Shown here: in pieces, positions 52,089 through 61,754 of the stretch
Numbering within the stretch: the first letter of the stretch is position 1
Layout of the letters: each line of letters starts with the position of its first letter
Assembly: GCA_005223125.1 (NCBI GenBank)
Contig: NJBH01000007.1
Location: forward strand, 64,001-128,000
Length of the DNA stretch: 64,000 bases
Direction: 5' to 3'
DNA from: Promethearchaeota archaeon Loki_b32
Lineage (GTDB): Archaea; Asgardarchaeota; Lokiarchaeia; Sigyniarchaeales; SOKP01
The notes under the pieces: model-generated
The model's database searches: none
What the model saw: the letters and a program-made list of their open reading frames with translations, nothing else
What the model was told of the DNA's origin: nothing
Translations under genes and position numbers: made by a program

Positions 52089-52724
52089 ATGCCATTAGAC
52101 ACACAAACCGTTGTTAATAATTTAATGCAAAACGATCCCCACATTATCGCCGCAGCTGTGCTTAAAGGCAAAGAAATCATTTATACAACAGATAATTGGG
52201 ATATTAGTGCAGATGTTGACAGAGTAGTATCAAGTTGGACTGGACAAAATGCCCAGTTTATCATGGTTTCTGGTGTAAAATATTCTGTACTGCAAATTGG
52301 AGCTGAACGATTAGTGGCTATGTCTTATAAAGGTGAGGGATCTATAGTAGCAGCGAAAGACGATGAGCATAAATTAATTACTTATTTGGATCCCGATGGA
52401 TATGGCATTGGCGCTGCAATGGAGGTTCAAAGAGCTTTAGGGGATTTGAGTACCAAAACATCTTATTTAGATTCAAATATTCAATTAGGTCAAGCGGGAG
52501 CTCAAGTGGGGGGTGCGGTATCTGCAGGAGTTGCACCTTCAGCTGGTGCAGGTCCAAGTGTAGATCCTCAACTTAAAGGTGAGATTCAATCTTTTCTGGA
52601 TTGGATTAAAGATACTGAGGGTTTATCAGGTTATATTAATTACTATCTTCAGCAAAATAATGCTCAAATAATATCTGAGTTGTCAAAAATTTATAATGAA
52701 CTGAGACAAATTTTTGGTGTCTAA
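52089..52724 (+). CDS. Asgard profilin-like protein with C-terminal extension
   Basis: IIYTTDNWDIS, SGVKYSVLQ..ERLVA..KGEGSIV, LITY match Loki profilin motifs (TENWNIS, GIKY, ERK, GKGH, LITY). Confidence 0.8.
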   Translation: MPLDTQTVVNNLMQNDPHIIAAAVLKGKEIIYTTDNWDISADVDRVVSSWTGQNAQFIMVSGVKYSVLQIGAERLVAMSYKGEGSIVAAKDDEHKLITYLDPDGYGIGAAMEVQRALGDLSTKTSYLDSNIQLGQAGAQVGGAVSAGVAPSAGAGPSVDPQLKGEIQSFLDWIKDTEGLSGYINYYLQQNNAQIISELSKIYNELRQIFGV

Positions 52725-52878
52725 AGAACTAATTTATCAGTGTTTGTATTTCAATTCATAAGTAAATAGACGATATTTTCGATATACTAATCATATGAAA
52801 TAATTATTCATGTTTTTATAAGTACAGACAGAAATAATAATTTACAATTCACAATATATAAATTTTTTATAAATTTAG

Positions 52879-53421
52879 ATGATCTTAAGAATTAGATATT
52901 TCAATAATTCAACAATTGTGAGATATTTGGCTAAAAAAGATAAAAATCAAGAAAACAAAACTTCAATTATCAAAAAAATTAAAAGCAAGATTGGTGGGGG
53001 AGAGATAGAAACAAAGGAAACTGAAACAACTAGTTTGAAATTTGAAAAAGAAATAAAAAAAGAATATTTATCAAGTGAAGATCTAGAATTAGATATTCCA
53101 GTTGTTCCTGAAGTGCCTAAACAAACAGAAAAATTTACTTTAGATACCTCAGATTTATCTTCTGATGTTTTAGAAAGAATGAAAAAATTCGAATCTTCCA
53201 AGGTTAAAGTAGTAATAGTAAATTGCCAGCGATGTAAAGCAGTTATCCCTGTTCCAGTTCCAAAAAAAGCTGTACTGGACTCAGAATTACCTGTAGTTCC
53301 TATTAGTTATGTTCATAAAAATCTGCAGAAAAAAGATCAACACTGTTTAACTATCCATCTTGATCATGATTTTGATATTCGAAGACAGAGAATATCTGAT
53401 GTAGTTCTATCTCCTGATTAA
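52879..53421 (+). CDS. Hypothetical protein with CxxC..H..H C-terminal domain (true start may be TTG ~52927)
   Basis: CQRC..ISYVH..HCLTIHLD..IRR. Confidence 0.6.
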   Translation: MILRIRYFNNSTIVRYLAKKDKNQENKTSIIKKIKSKIGGGEIETKETETTSLKFEKEIKKEYLSSEDLELDIPVVPEVPKQTEKFTLDTSDLSSDVLERMKKFESSKVKVVIVNCQRCKAVIPVPVPKKAVLDSELPVVPISYVHKNLQKKDQHCLTIHLDHDFDIRRQRISDVVLSPD

Positions 53422-53435
53422 AACTAAATAAAATA

Positions 53436-53660
53436 TTAAAAGATAAAATTAATCAGGAAAGCAATAAAAAAAGGTATAACACATAGACAACACAAAAATC
53501 CATACCAACTTTTCTTCCAATTAATATATGTATTAGGGTTCAATATTACTTGACAATTTGGACAAAGTTTCTCTTTATGATCATCAACGTGAAATCCACA
53601 ATTATAGCAAATAAGTATTTCATCATTGACGTTATTATTTTTAACCTCGATTTTTGACAC
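53436..53660 (-). CDS. Zn-ribbon protein with C-terminal TM helix
   Basis: CYNCG..CPNC; hydrophobic C-terminus. Confidence 0.65.
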   Translation of the reverse strand: MSKIEVKNNNVNDEILICYNCGFHVDDHKEKLCPNCQVILNPNTYINWKKSWYGFLCCLCVIPFFIAFLINFIF

Positions 53661-53792
53661 TTTAGACTTTCGATAGATATAAGCTATTTTATTATAATTT
53701 TTAAATATAATTAAACAATATAAGCATTGTTATAACAAAACATCATTTTACTAATATAAAATTAAATTTTAAAAACTAAATCATAAATAGAA

Positions 53793-54149
53793 ATGAAGAT
53801 CTTAGCTGAAGACAAGATAAAAATTGAGGATGTTACAGTTTATTTGAATCTGTTTAGGTTACATAAGAGTTTTCTTTTGTTAATTTCTGATCACCCCGAT
53901 ATGGGGATAGGTAACGTAACATTAGGGAGTCCACCAATTATTGAAGGTATTAAATCGCCAACAGCATCTTATAACCTATTTGGCATGAGAACAAAATTAT
54001 TAAGTACAATTATTGCAGAAAGAGCTTCAAATAACCTAAAAGCACCAGTATTACTCCTCTTATTTTTAAAATGTAAAAAGAATGATGAAGAGATAATAAA
54101 ACCTATAGTTAATTTTCTGAATAAAGTCCTTAAAGATATATCAGAATAA
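53793..54149 (+). CDS. PAC4-like proteasome assembly chaperone family protein
   Basis: FLLLISD..GIGNVTLGSP..LFG..LS.IIAER..PVLLLL pattern. Confidence 0.55.
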   Translation: MKILAEDKIKIEDVTVYLNLFRLHKSFLLLISDHPDMGIGNVTLGSPPIIEGIKSPTASYNLFGMRTKLLSTIIAERASNNLKAPVLLLLFLKCKKNDEEIIKPIVNFLNKVLKDISE

Positions 54150-54158
54150 TAATTAAAA

Positions 54159-54320
54159 TGCAGGGAGTGGGATTCGAACCCACGAAGAGCTATCTCACCG
54201 GATATCTCATTAATTATTACGTTAATCAACGGCTAACATAATAATCTGATCTTGAGTTCGGTTATTGAAAATCAATTTCCAATAAAGTCCGGCACCGTTG
54301 ACCAACTTGGTTATCCCTGC
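54159..54320 (-). tRNA. tRNA-Leu(CAA) with introns at 32/33 (54256-54286) and 37/38 (54204-54250)
   Basis: GCAGGGA/UCCCUGC-A acceptor, long variable arm, GGGUUCGAAUCCC; spliced anticodon arm CCGGA-CUCAAGA-UCCGG. Confidence 0.9.
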
Positions 54321-54432
54321 TTGAAAAATTTTGAAATTTTTTATTTAATCTTAAACGAATTTACTTAATTAATTTTTTTAAAAAATATAATAGAAAATCT
54401 AATTATAAAAAGATCTAATCTTTCTTTAAAAT

Positions 54433-54672
54433 TTAGCCTCCAAACATTGGAAGTACAACCATCACTAGCATCATTACTACAAGCATCCCAATTAAAAATA
54501 CGCATTGTAGCCGTCCTTTTTTCTTCTGTTTCCTCTCTTGATTAAGATAATTATCCTTACACGGTTGGCTACAAAATTTTTTATCTGTTGACATCGCTTT
54601 ACCGCATATTGAACAATGACTATGAGGTCCCCATTTTTTCTTAATTTGATCTTTCCATGAAGATTGAGACAT
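54433..54672 (-). CDS. DUF2116-family Zn-ribbon membrane protein
   Basis: PHSHCSICG..FCSQPC; C-terminal TM helix. Confidence 0.85.
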   Translation of the reverse strand: MSQSSWKDQIKKKWGPHSHCSICGKAMSTDKKFCSQPCKDNYLNQERKQKKKGRLQCVFLIGMLVVMMLVMVVLPMFGG

Positions 54673-54746
54673 TTTTAAACTTATTTCTAAAAAGGTTATA
54701 TTGGGATAAGTAAATTTTGAAGATTAAAATAATTTATTAAATCTTT

Positions 54747-55454
54747 TTAATCTGAAATAACAGTGCAAGTAATATCTTTTTCTCCTTTCCAATATTTTTC
54801 AAATTCTTTTAGATCTTTACCAGACATAACACTGATTTTGATCTTACTTCTTTTTAATATTTGCAATGAGACCGCGTCAAATATACGGTATTCTCCTGCT
54901 GCTGCTTGATTATCTCCGGAGGAATTAAGAACTATTTCTTGTAAACCTGCATAATTTAAGGTTTTTATCAATTTAGCATCCCCAAATTTCTTTGGATCTT
55001 TATCATATATCCCTTCAACATCTGTAAGAATCACAAGTTCATCTGCTTGTATGAATTCTGCTACTTCGAGAGCTACAGAGGTTGTAGACTGCCCTGGTTG
55101 TAAACCTCCCATGACAACTATCTTACCAAAAAGTAATGCTAATGAAAGTTCTTCTATTGTTTTTGGAACTAAAGGATAGGAAAAATCTTGAAAAGAAGTA
55201 ATTAATAATTTTGAATTTATACGAGACAGATCTATACCAAATGTATCACATAATGCTTCATTTCCATGAAATGATCTCACTGCATCTATATATACTCTTG
55301 CAATTCTTCCCCCGCCACATACAATAACATGAGTTCCAGAACGATTTACATTTTTAAAGATTTGACAGAATTTTTGAATCTTTTCTTTATCTAATTCATT
55401 ATCCTTAGTAAATAGTAATGACCCGCCAATTTTTATTACACTTTTTCCTTTCAT
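54747..55454 (-). CDS. pyrH: UMP kinase
   Basis: KIGGS, GGGRIAR.YI, PGQST, TDVEGIYDKDP. Confidence 0.93.
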   Translation of the reverse strand: MKGKSVIKIGGSLLFTKDNELDKEKIQKFCQIFKNVNRSGTHVIVCGGGRIARVYIDAVRSFHGNEALCDTFGIDLSRINSKLLITSFQDFSYPLVPKTIEELSLALLFGKIVVMGGLQPGQSTTSVALEVAEFIQADELVILTDVEGIYDKDPKKFGDAKLIKTLNYAGLQEIVLNSSGDNQAAAGEYRIFDAVSLQILKRSKIKISVMSGKDLKEFEKYWKGEKDITCTVISD

Positions 55455-55523
55455 AATATTTTCATTCTATTTATCTTTGTAATAATATATAATCGATTAG
55501 ATAAATTAAGTTTCATTTGATTT

Positions 55524-56486
55524 ATGTCTAAAAGAATTAAAAAAGTTATAGTTAAGGTACCTCATAGAATATCTGGATTTTTTGAGATTGTTGATAAAAT
55601 TAACGGAGTTAAAATCAAAGATCCAGAGAAAATAGGTTCTAGAGGTGCGGGTTTTTGTGTTAATGCTGTAGGGAAAACAGAAATTATTCTACGATTTCTT
55701 GACAAAAGTAGTGAGTTTGAAATCGAGATTTATATTAATGGTAAAAAAATGAATCAAAGTGCCGAAACAACATATTATGTAATCGATTATATCAAAAATT
55801 ATATTAGAAAATCTTGTAAAATAAGAGTCAACCATTTTTTTGATTTACCTGTAGGATGTGGATATGGTGCGAGCGGATCAGGGGCACTAGGAACTATTTT
55901 TGGTTTAGATGCATTGTTTAATTTAAATTTATCTCTTCAAGAAAAAGGTAAGATAGCTCATATCGCAGAAGTTGTAAATAGAACAGGTTTAGGAACAGTT
56001 TGTGGTCAATTGAATGGAGGAATTGGTATTTTGAAAGAACCAGGGTTCCCCTGTATCTATGAAAGGATAAAAATACCACAAAATTTAAAAGTTATCTGTG
56101 GTTCATTTGGAGTCATCCATACAAAATCTATATTGACAAATCCGGTCTTAAGTCTAAAAATAAAAGAAGCGGGCAAAAAAGCTTTAAAGAGGTTAATCAA
56201 AGAACCAAATATTAAAATGTTTATTAATGAATCTATTGAATTTGTAAAAAAAACCGAAATTCTTGAAATTCTGGAATTATATAAAGTAAAAAATCTAATG
56301 GATGATTTAAACAAAACAGATATTATAGGAGCCAGTATGAATCAATTAGGTCGTTCAGTTTATGCAATATGTCTAAAAGAGAATGAAAAGGAAGTATTAG
56401 ATATTTTTGAATCATATAAACCTGACATTGAACCATTTATTACATCCATCCTTGAAGGAAAATCTGTATTTTTTAAAAATACGTAA
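55524..56486 (+). CDS. Pantoate kinase (GHMP family)
   Basis: PHRISGFF, GSRGAG, LPVGCGYGASG, AHIAEV..TGLGTV. Confidence 0.92.
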   Translation: MSKRIKKVIVKVPHRISGFFEIVDKINGVKIKDPEKIGSRGAGFCVNAVGKTEIILRFLDKSSEFEIEIYINGKKMNQSAETTYYVIDYIKNYIRKSCKIRVNHFFDLPVGCGYGASGSGALGTIFGLDALFNLNLSLQEKGKIAHIAEVVNRTGLGTVCGQLNGGIGILKEPGFPCIYERIKIPQNLKVICGSFGVIHTKSILTNPVLSLKIKEAGKKALKRLIKEPNIKMFINESIEFVKKTEILEILELYKVKNLMDDLNKTDIIGASMNQLGRSVYAICLKENEKEVLDIFESYKPDIEPFITSILEGKSVFFKNT

Positions 56487-56512
56487 TGATTTTTTATAAA
56501 CTCTGTATAAAT

Positions 56513-57328
56513 TTATTTTGAAGAGTTCAAAGAGGCTGATTTAATCGTTGCGGCTTCTACAGCTCTGATTAATGTTGCTCTTAATTTTGCTGATTCAATT
56601 TCGTGAATTGCTGTAATTGTTGTTCCTCCTGGTGTAGCAACCATATCTTTCAATTCTCCTGGATGTTTATTTGTCTCTAATAATAATTTTGCCGCACCTA
56701 GAACAGTTTGAGCTGATAATTTTTGTGCTATATCTCTTGGCAACCCCATTTTTACACCCCCATCAGCAAGAGCTTCAATTATAATAAAAATATATGCGGG
56801 ACCGCTTCCAGATAATCCTGTTACTGCATCTAAATGTTTTTCCTCAAGATCTACCACCATCCCTACTGCATTAAAAATATCTCGTACAAACTTTAATTCT
56901 TCATCATTTACATTATTATTATGAGCGATTGTGGTGGCAGCAGCTCCTATTAGAGCAGGAATATTCGTCATAATCCTTATCAACCCTATTTGCTTATCAA
57001 TAAATTTATTAATGTGACTTAACGTAACTCCTGCTGCTATTGAAATTAAAATTTGTTCTCTTGTTAAGACAGAACTTATTTCAAGTAAAATTATATCTAT
57101 TACTTGTGGGATAACTGCGATTAATATATATTGAGAAGACTTAACTAAATCAATAATGTTCTTTGCTATATCTACATTAAATTCAAGGGATCGATCTTTA
57201 AGTCGATTTTCATCAATATCATAAATTATAATGTTATTTTCATTGACAGCTTTCGTAGTTATTAGCCTTTTTAAGAGAGTAGAACCAATTTTTCCGACTC
57301 CTATTATTCCTAATTCTTTATTATACAT
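56513..57328 (-). CDS. proC: Pyrroline-5-carboxylate reductase
   Basis: SIAAG, SGSGPAY, PGGTT. Confidence 0.95.
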   Translation of the reverse strand: MYNKELGIIGVGKIGSTLLKRLITTKAVNENNIIIYDIDENRLKDRSLEFNVDIAKNIIDLVKSSQYILIAVIPQVIDIILLEISSVLTREQILISIAAGVTLSHINKFIDKQIGLIRIMTNIPALIGAAATTIAHNNNVNDEELKFVRDIFNAVGMVVDLEEKHLDAVTGLSGSGPAYIFIIIEALADGGVKMGLPRDIAQKLSAQTVLGAAKLLLETNKHPGELKDMVATPGGTTITAIHEIESAKLRATLIRAVEAATIKSASLNSSK

Positions 57329-57482
57329 AATTCTAAACTATTGTGAAAACCAAAATATGTTTATTATTGATTTTCAATAAAATTTTTAAACTTCGATATT
57401 AATTTAATAATCTAAATATGATTAACATAACCTAGGTTTTTAGAATATAATCTTGTCTTCAAGAACCCTTTATATTAAATTA

Positions 57483-58217
57483 TTAATTTTTGTACAATTC
57501 CCTTTTTAACTCTACAATAAGATGAGATTTAATTGATCCATTGTTTCTATCATATCCTTCGCAAACAACTGATCTAACCCCAATTATATTTGGTGAAACA
57601 TCATAAATTAAAGGTATATCTTTTTTCCTTAGATTTCCAGCTAAAGCTACTTCAAGATCATAAAGCTCAGCTTCATGTTTAAATTGAATCAATTGATCGA
57701 TTGTAAGAAAATCGAAAAGCCCTTTATTATCTTTAATATAGGTATCGAGCATAACTATATCAGAACCAGATTCTGAAGCAATTATAGGGAGTTTCATAAA
57801 TTCTGGTGATGAATTCATTCTTGATTGATCAGCATATCCCGCAGTAACTACTTTGGTTTTATCATTATAATCTTTTACTGCTTTAACAACATTTTTCATT
57901 AATTTTATTGCCGATTTCTCGTCTTTCGGGCCTTTTAATCCAACTTTTATAATATCTGCTCCAGATACAGCAGCACCTAGAGCTGCTAACGACGCTGAAC
58001 CGGGTAGATTTGGAAAGTCACCAATTGTAGCACTCAATAACTGAGGACTATTAGAAGGAATTAAACCTTTCATTTCTTTAATGATCCATGGAAAATTGGC
58101 TCCTAGTGACCCTTCTTCAGGATTTTTGCAATCAATATAATCTATTTGATTATTTATAACAATTCTAGCTTCTTCAACCGTTCTAGGGCTGATTAAAAGT
58201 CTGATTTTATGCGACAA
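57483..58217 (-). CDS. mfnB: (5-formylfuran-3-yl)methyl phosphate synthase
   Basis: LLISP, D.KNPEEGSLGANFPW, SATIGD, MLDT..KD, ALAG, GVR. Confidence 0.93.
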   Translation of the reverse strand: MSHKIRLLISPRTVEEARIVINNQIDYIDCKNPEEGSLGANFPWIIKEMKGLIPSNSPQLLSATIGDFPNLPGSASLAALGAAVSGADIIKVGLKGPKDEKSAIKLMKNVVKAVKDYNDKTKVVTAGYADQSRMNSSPEFMKLPIIASESGSDIVMLDTYIKDNKGLFDFLTIDQLIQFKHEAELYDLEVALAGNLRKKDIPLIYDVSPNIIGVRSVVCEGYDRNNGSIKSHLIVELKRELYKN

Positions 58218-58480
58218 AGTCCATCAATTATAATATAAAATTATTAAAAAACTTATTTAGGATTTATTTTCACAAAATTAATTCATTTTGATAAATTAAA
58301 AAGACTATATCATTAATTTCTAATTAAATTCAGTGTACTAAACAAAAATAATTATTATTCAAATTTTTATTTTCCCAATAAGAACCAAGAAATCCAAAAC
58401 ATTTATTTTTGTATAATTTTATGTAAAAATTTAAATTAAATCGTTTTTATTAAATATAAAAAAACTAGCAAGAGTTTATC

Positions 58481-59008
58481 ATGTCACCAAAAGAAATTAC
58501 GAAATTGGATATAACGAATGAAGTATTTAAAGAACCAATAGAAGTAGTTAAACAGTTATCATCAAATTTAGATTTAAAATATACTAAAGTTATACAAACA
58601 TATGTAATGGAAGATAGACGACTGAACTTAACTTTAGAGGATCAGGGCTCTAGTTATTTCAAAGGTAAAGTAGTCTGGATTGGTAATAAGAAGGATGATA
58701 CAGAAGGGTCAATATTTTGCGTAGATACAAGAGATGAATTAAGGCAAATTAATCCTACTGCCGAAAACACTGATAAGGTAACATTAGATATAAAAAAAGA
58801 ATTAATAAAAATATCTACTGCATCAAAAACCAAATGTTCTGTATGTGGAAAAAATATAGAAATTTTTGATGAAGTTACTGGCTGTCCAATATGCGAAGCA
58901 AAAGCACATAAAGATCATTTAACGGATTGGGTTAGAATGAAACACACTTGCCCCGTATGTAAGAAATCCCTGAATGTATCAAGTACTGGCGTAATTTTTA
59001 TAGATTAA
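58481..59008 (+). CDS. Protein with C-terminal RING-like domain
   Basis: CSVC..CPIC..HKDH..W..CPVC. Confidence 0.8.
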   Translation: MSPKEITKLDITNEVFKEPIEVVKQLSSNLDLKYTKVIQTYVMEDRRLNLTLEDQGSSYFKGKVVWIGNKKDDTEGSIFCVDTRDELRQINPTAENTDKVTLDIKKELIKISTASKTKCSVCGKNIEIFDEVTGCPICEAKAHKDHLTDWVRMKHTCPVCKKSLNVSSTGVIFID

Positions 59009-59018
59009 AATCTTATAA

Positions 59019-59756
59019 TTAATCAAAATATCTTAAATTTTCAATCTCTATTGTTCCATCATATAATGCTGTGGCTATTAATACCCCAGAGAAATTTTGT
59101 TCTTTAATATTTAAGATATCAGTATAATTTTTTATCCCCCCGCCCACATAAACATCTCCATTAAAATTATGTAAAATATCCAGATATAGTTGTGGAATTC
59201 CTCCAATTTTCTGACCTACTCTAAATAAATCTAAAAGAATAATTTTTTTAATACCTAGAGATTCAAATTTTTTTATGAGTTTTATGGGGCTTTGAGTCTT
59301 TATATCTTTCGCATTTGATAAAATTTGTCCATTATACATATCAATGCTGATAATAATATTGTTTTGATTTAAGATTTGTAAGCTTTGAATAATTGTCTTA
59401 AAATTTTTGATTGTCTCTAATCCTAAAATTAGATTTTTAATTCTAAATCTTAAGAAATTAGTAATATCTTCAAGATCAACAATTCCAGGATCTAGAATGA
59501 AATCAATATTTGATATTTTTGAAATTTCTTTTAATATTTGAAAATTTGGGGCTTTCTTTATAATGGAATCTAAGTCTGCGATATAAAACAATTCAAAATT
59601 ATATTTTTTTCTAAGGATTCTAATAATTTCCACTGGGTTGGATGATTGAAATAAATATGATTTTAAGGGTTTGTATTTAGTTCTTTCTCCCTTTTTAGCA
59701 TGGACGGCTTTAGAATTTAAAATATCTATTACAGGTATTATTTTAAATCTTTTCAT
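59019..59756 (-). CDS. HisA/HisF-related TIM-barrel protein
   Basis: IIPVIDI..AVHAKKGER..Y.P, YIADLD, LDL.RVG, GGGI. Confidence 0.85.
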   Translation of the reverse strand: MKRFKIIPVIDILNSKAVHAKKGERTKYKPLKSYLFQSSNPVEIIRILRKKYNFELFYIADLDSIIKKAPNFQILKEISKISNIDFILDPGIVDLEDITNFLRFRIKNLILGLETIKNFKTIIQSLQILNQNNIIISIDMYNGQILSNAKDIKTQSPIKLIKKFESLGIKKIILLDLFRVGQKIGGIPQLYLDILHNFNGDVYVGGGIKNYTDILNIKEQNFSGVLIATALYDGTIEIENLRYFD

Positions 59757-59973
59757 TTATAACAATATAAAATAATTAATAGAATTCATAAAAACAATTT
59801 GAAAATTAATTATCTCCCTGTAATAGACTTAATTAGATCTACTTGAAAAATTACCTTTATTTAATACTCTTTAATTTTATAAGAAGATCTTTTTTTAATT
59901 ACAATTAAATAATTTTTTTTTTAAATGATATCAAATAAAATATTTTTAATACTTAAATATTTTTTTTTGTGAT

Positions 59974-61698
59974 GTGATTGAAGTGAAAACAGAAGTTTAT
60001 ATTAATAAGATCATTGAAGATACTGGTTTAACGCGAAAAGAAATTCAAAACTTAGTTGGAGATAAGAAAAATGAATTAAAAGGTTTAATATCTGACGAAG
60101 GTGCTTTATTTATTATAGCAAAAGAATTAGGAGTTGATATAAAAAGTGAAAATAAAGAACTTTTAAAAGATATTGAAATATCTATTACTGATATTACTCA
60201 AAATATGAAAAATTTGACTTTATTTGGTAGGATCAAAGAAATCTATAATACTAATAACTTTAAAAAAAATGATGGAACAAATGGATTTGTTGGTTCTTTT
60301 CTGTTGCAGGATAGTACTGGAGATGCTCGGATTGTACTTTGGGATGATCAAGTAAAGATTTTTAATGAACCTAATTTTGAAAACAATGAACTTGTTAAAA
60401 TTATTAATGGTAATGCAAAAAAGGGAAGATATGGAGATATCGAGATACATGTGGGAAGATACGGAAAGGTTATATTGTCTCCTGACGATGTAGACTATAA
60501 GAAATATCCCAAAATTTCATTTAAATCGATTAATATAAATGATATTAATTTAAATCTAAAATCGATCTCGTTAGAAGGAAAAATAATTCAAATATCCCCA
60601 ATAACGGAATTTATCAAAAAAGATGGTGGATCTGGAAGAGTAAAATCTTTAACATTATTAGACTCTACAGGATCAATAAGAATTACATTTTGGAATGAAG
60701 ATACAAAAAAATTAAAAACATTAGAAGTCAATGATGTCATATCAATTACTAATTTAAATCCTCGATTGAGCACTTTGGATAATAGAACTATTGATCTGAC
60801 AGCAAATAAAAACACAATTATGACAAAGAAAAAAATTGAGCTCGATATTAAAGGAGAATTTATAAAAGACATAAAAAGTCTTCAGAAAAATAAAGGAGTT
60901 GTTTCCTTTGAAGGAATTATAACTTCAGTTGATAATTTAAAAACAATATCCTTAAAATCTGGTGAAGACGTTTCTTTATTAGGATTAATAGTAAGTGATG
61001 ATACCGATGGTATTCGAATCACATTATGGAGGGATAATGCAGAAGAATATTCAAAATTATTAAATGCAGGACATGGATTATCGTTAAAGAATGTACTAGT
61101 AAAATACAGTAATTTTTCCAATAGAAATGAAATCTCTTTAATTAAGGAGTCAATACTCGAGTTAAAAGACCTAGAAATTAAAAATCTTAAGAGTATTAAT
61201 TTCACTAAACAAGAGAATGTTGCAAGTTTTTCTGGTAATTATATCAAAATCGAAAAAATTAAAACATCAGGTCCCATCGAAATAAAAGGATTTATTGCAA
61301 AAGATCTTAATAATATAACTATTTATGAAGCATGCAATAACTGTTATAAGAAAGTTGAAAATTGCACATGTGGGAAAGGTGATAATACTGAATTTAGGAT
61401 GATTCTTAATCTTATAATTGATGACGGAACTGGAACTATTAGAACTACATTTATAGGAAACCAAGCAGAGAAATTAATAGGAATAGAAACTGCTAAAGTA
61501 GTACAACTAAAAGAAACCCCAGAATTTGAGAAATTTTTAGAAAAGAAATCATCCGAGTTTTTAGGGAAAGATATTGTTATCAAAGGTAGAGCTAAATTCA
61601 GTGATTTTTCAGAACAATTTGAGATATCTGTATATGATTTCAAAGATATTAATATTAATGATGAATTAGAACGAGTAATGAACAAGATTGAAATCTAA
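59974..61698 (+). CDS. rpa: Replication protein A large subunit (helical N-domain, 4 OB folds, Zn finger)
   Basis: GLISDEGAL..IAKELG; repeated DSTG/DDTD/DDGTG motifs; CNNC..C.C. Confidence 0.9.
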   Translation: MIEVKTEVYINKIIEDTGLTRKEIQNLVGDKKNELKGLISDEGALFIIAKELGVDIKSENKELLKDIEISITDITQNMKNLTLFGRIKEIYNTNNFKKNDGTNGFVGSFLLQDSTGDARIVLWDDQVKIFNEPNFENNELVKIINGNAKKGRYGDIEIHVGRYGKVILSPDDVDYKKYPKISFKSININDINLNLKSISLEGKIIQISPITEFIKKDGGSGRVKSLTLLDSTGSIRITFWNEDTKKLKTLEVNDVISITNLNPRLSTLDNRTIDLTANKNTIMTKKKIELDIKGEFIKDIKSLQKNKGVVSFEGIITSVDNLKTISLKSGEDVSLLGLIVSDDTDGIRITLWRDNAEEYSKLLNAGHGLSLKNVLVKYSNFSNRNEISLIKESILELKDLEIKNLKSINFTKQENVASFSGNYIKIEKIKTSGPIEIKGFIAKDLNNITIYEACNNCYKKVENCTCGKGDNTEFRMILNLIIDDGTGTIRTTFIGNQAEKLIGIETAKVVQLKETPEFEKFLEKKSSEFLGKDIVIKGRAKFSDFSEQFEISVYDFKDININDELERVMNKIEI

Positions 61699-61754
61699 TT
61701 TATGCAGATTTCCTAAATTATCTTCTATTATATAATTTAAATATCTTTAAATAG

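Noticed and set aside
54280-54292. Ochre suppressor tRNA (apparent anticodon UUA)
   Set aside because: UUA belongs to the first intron; BHB-guided splicing gives CAA with a purine at 37 and a Leu-type body
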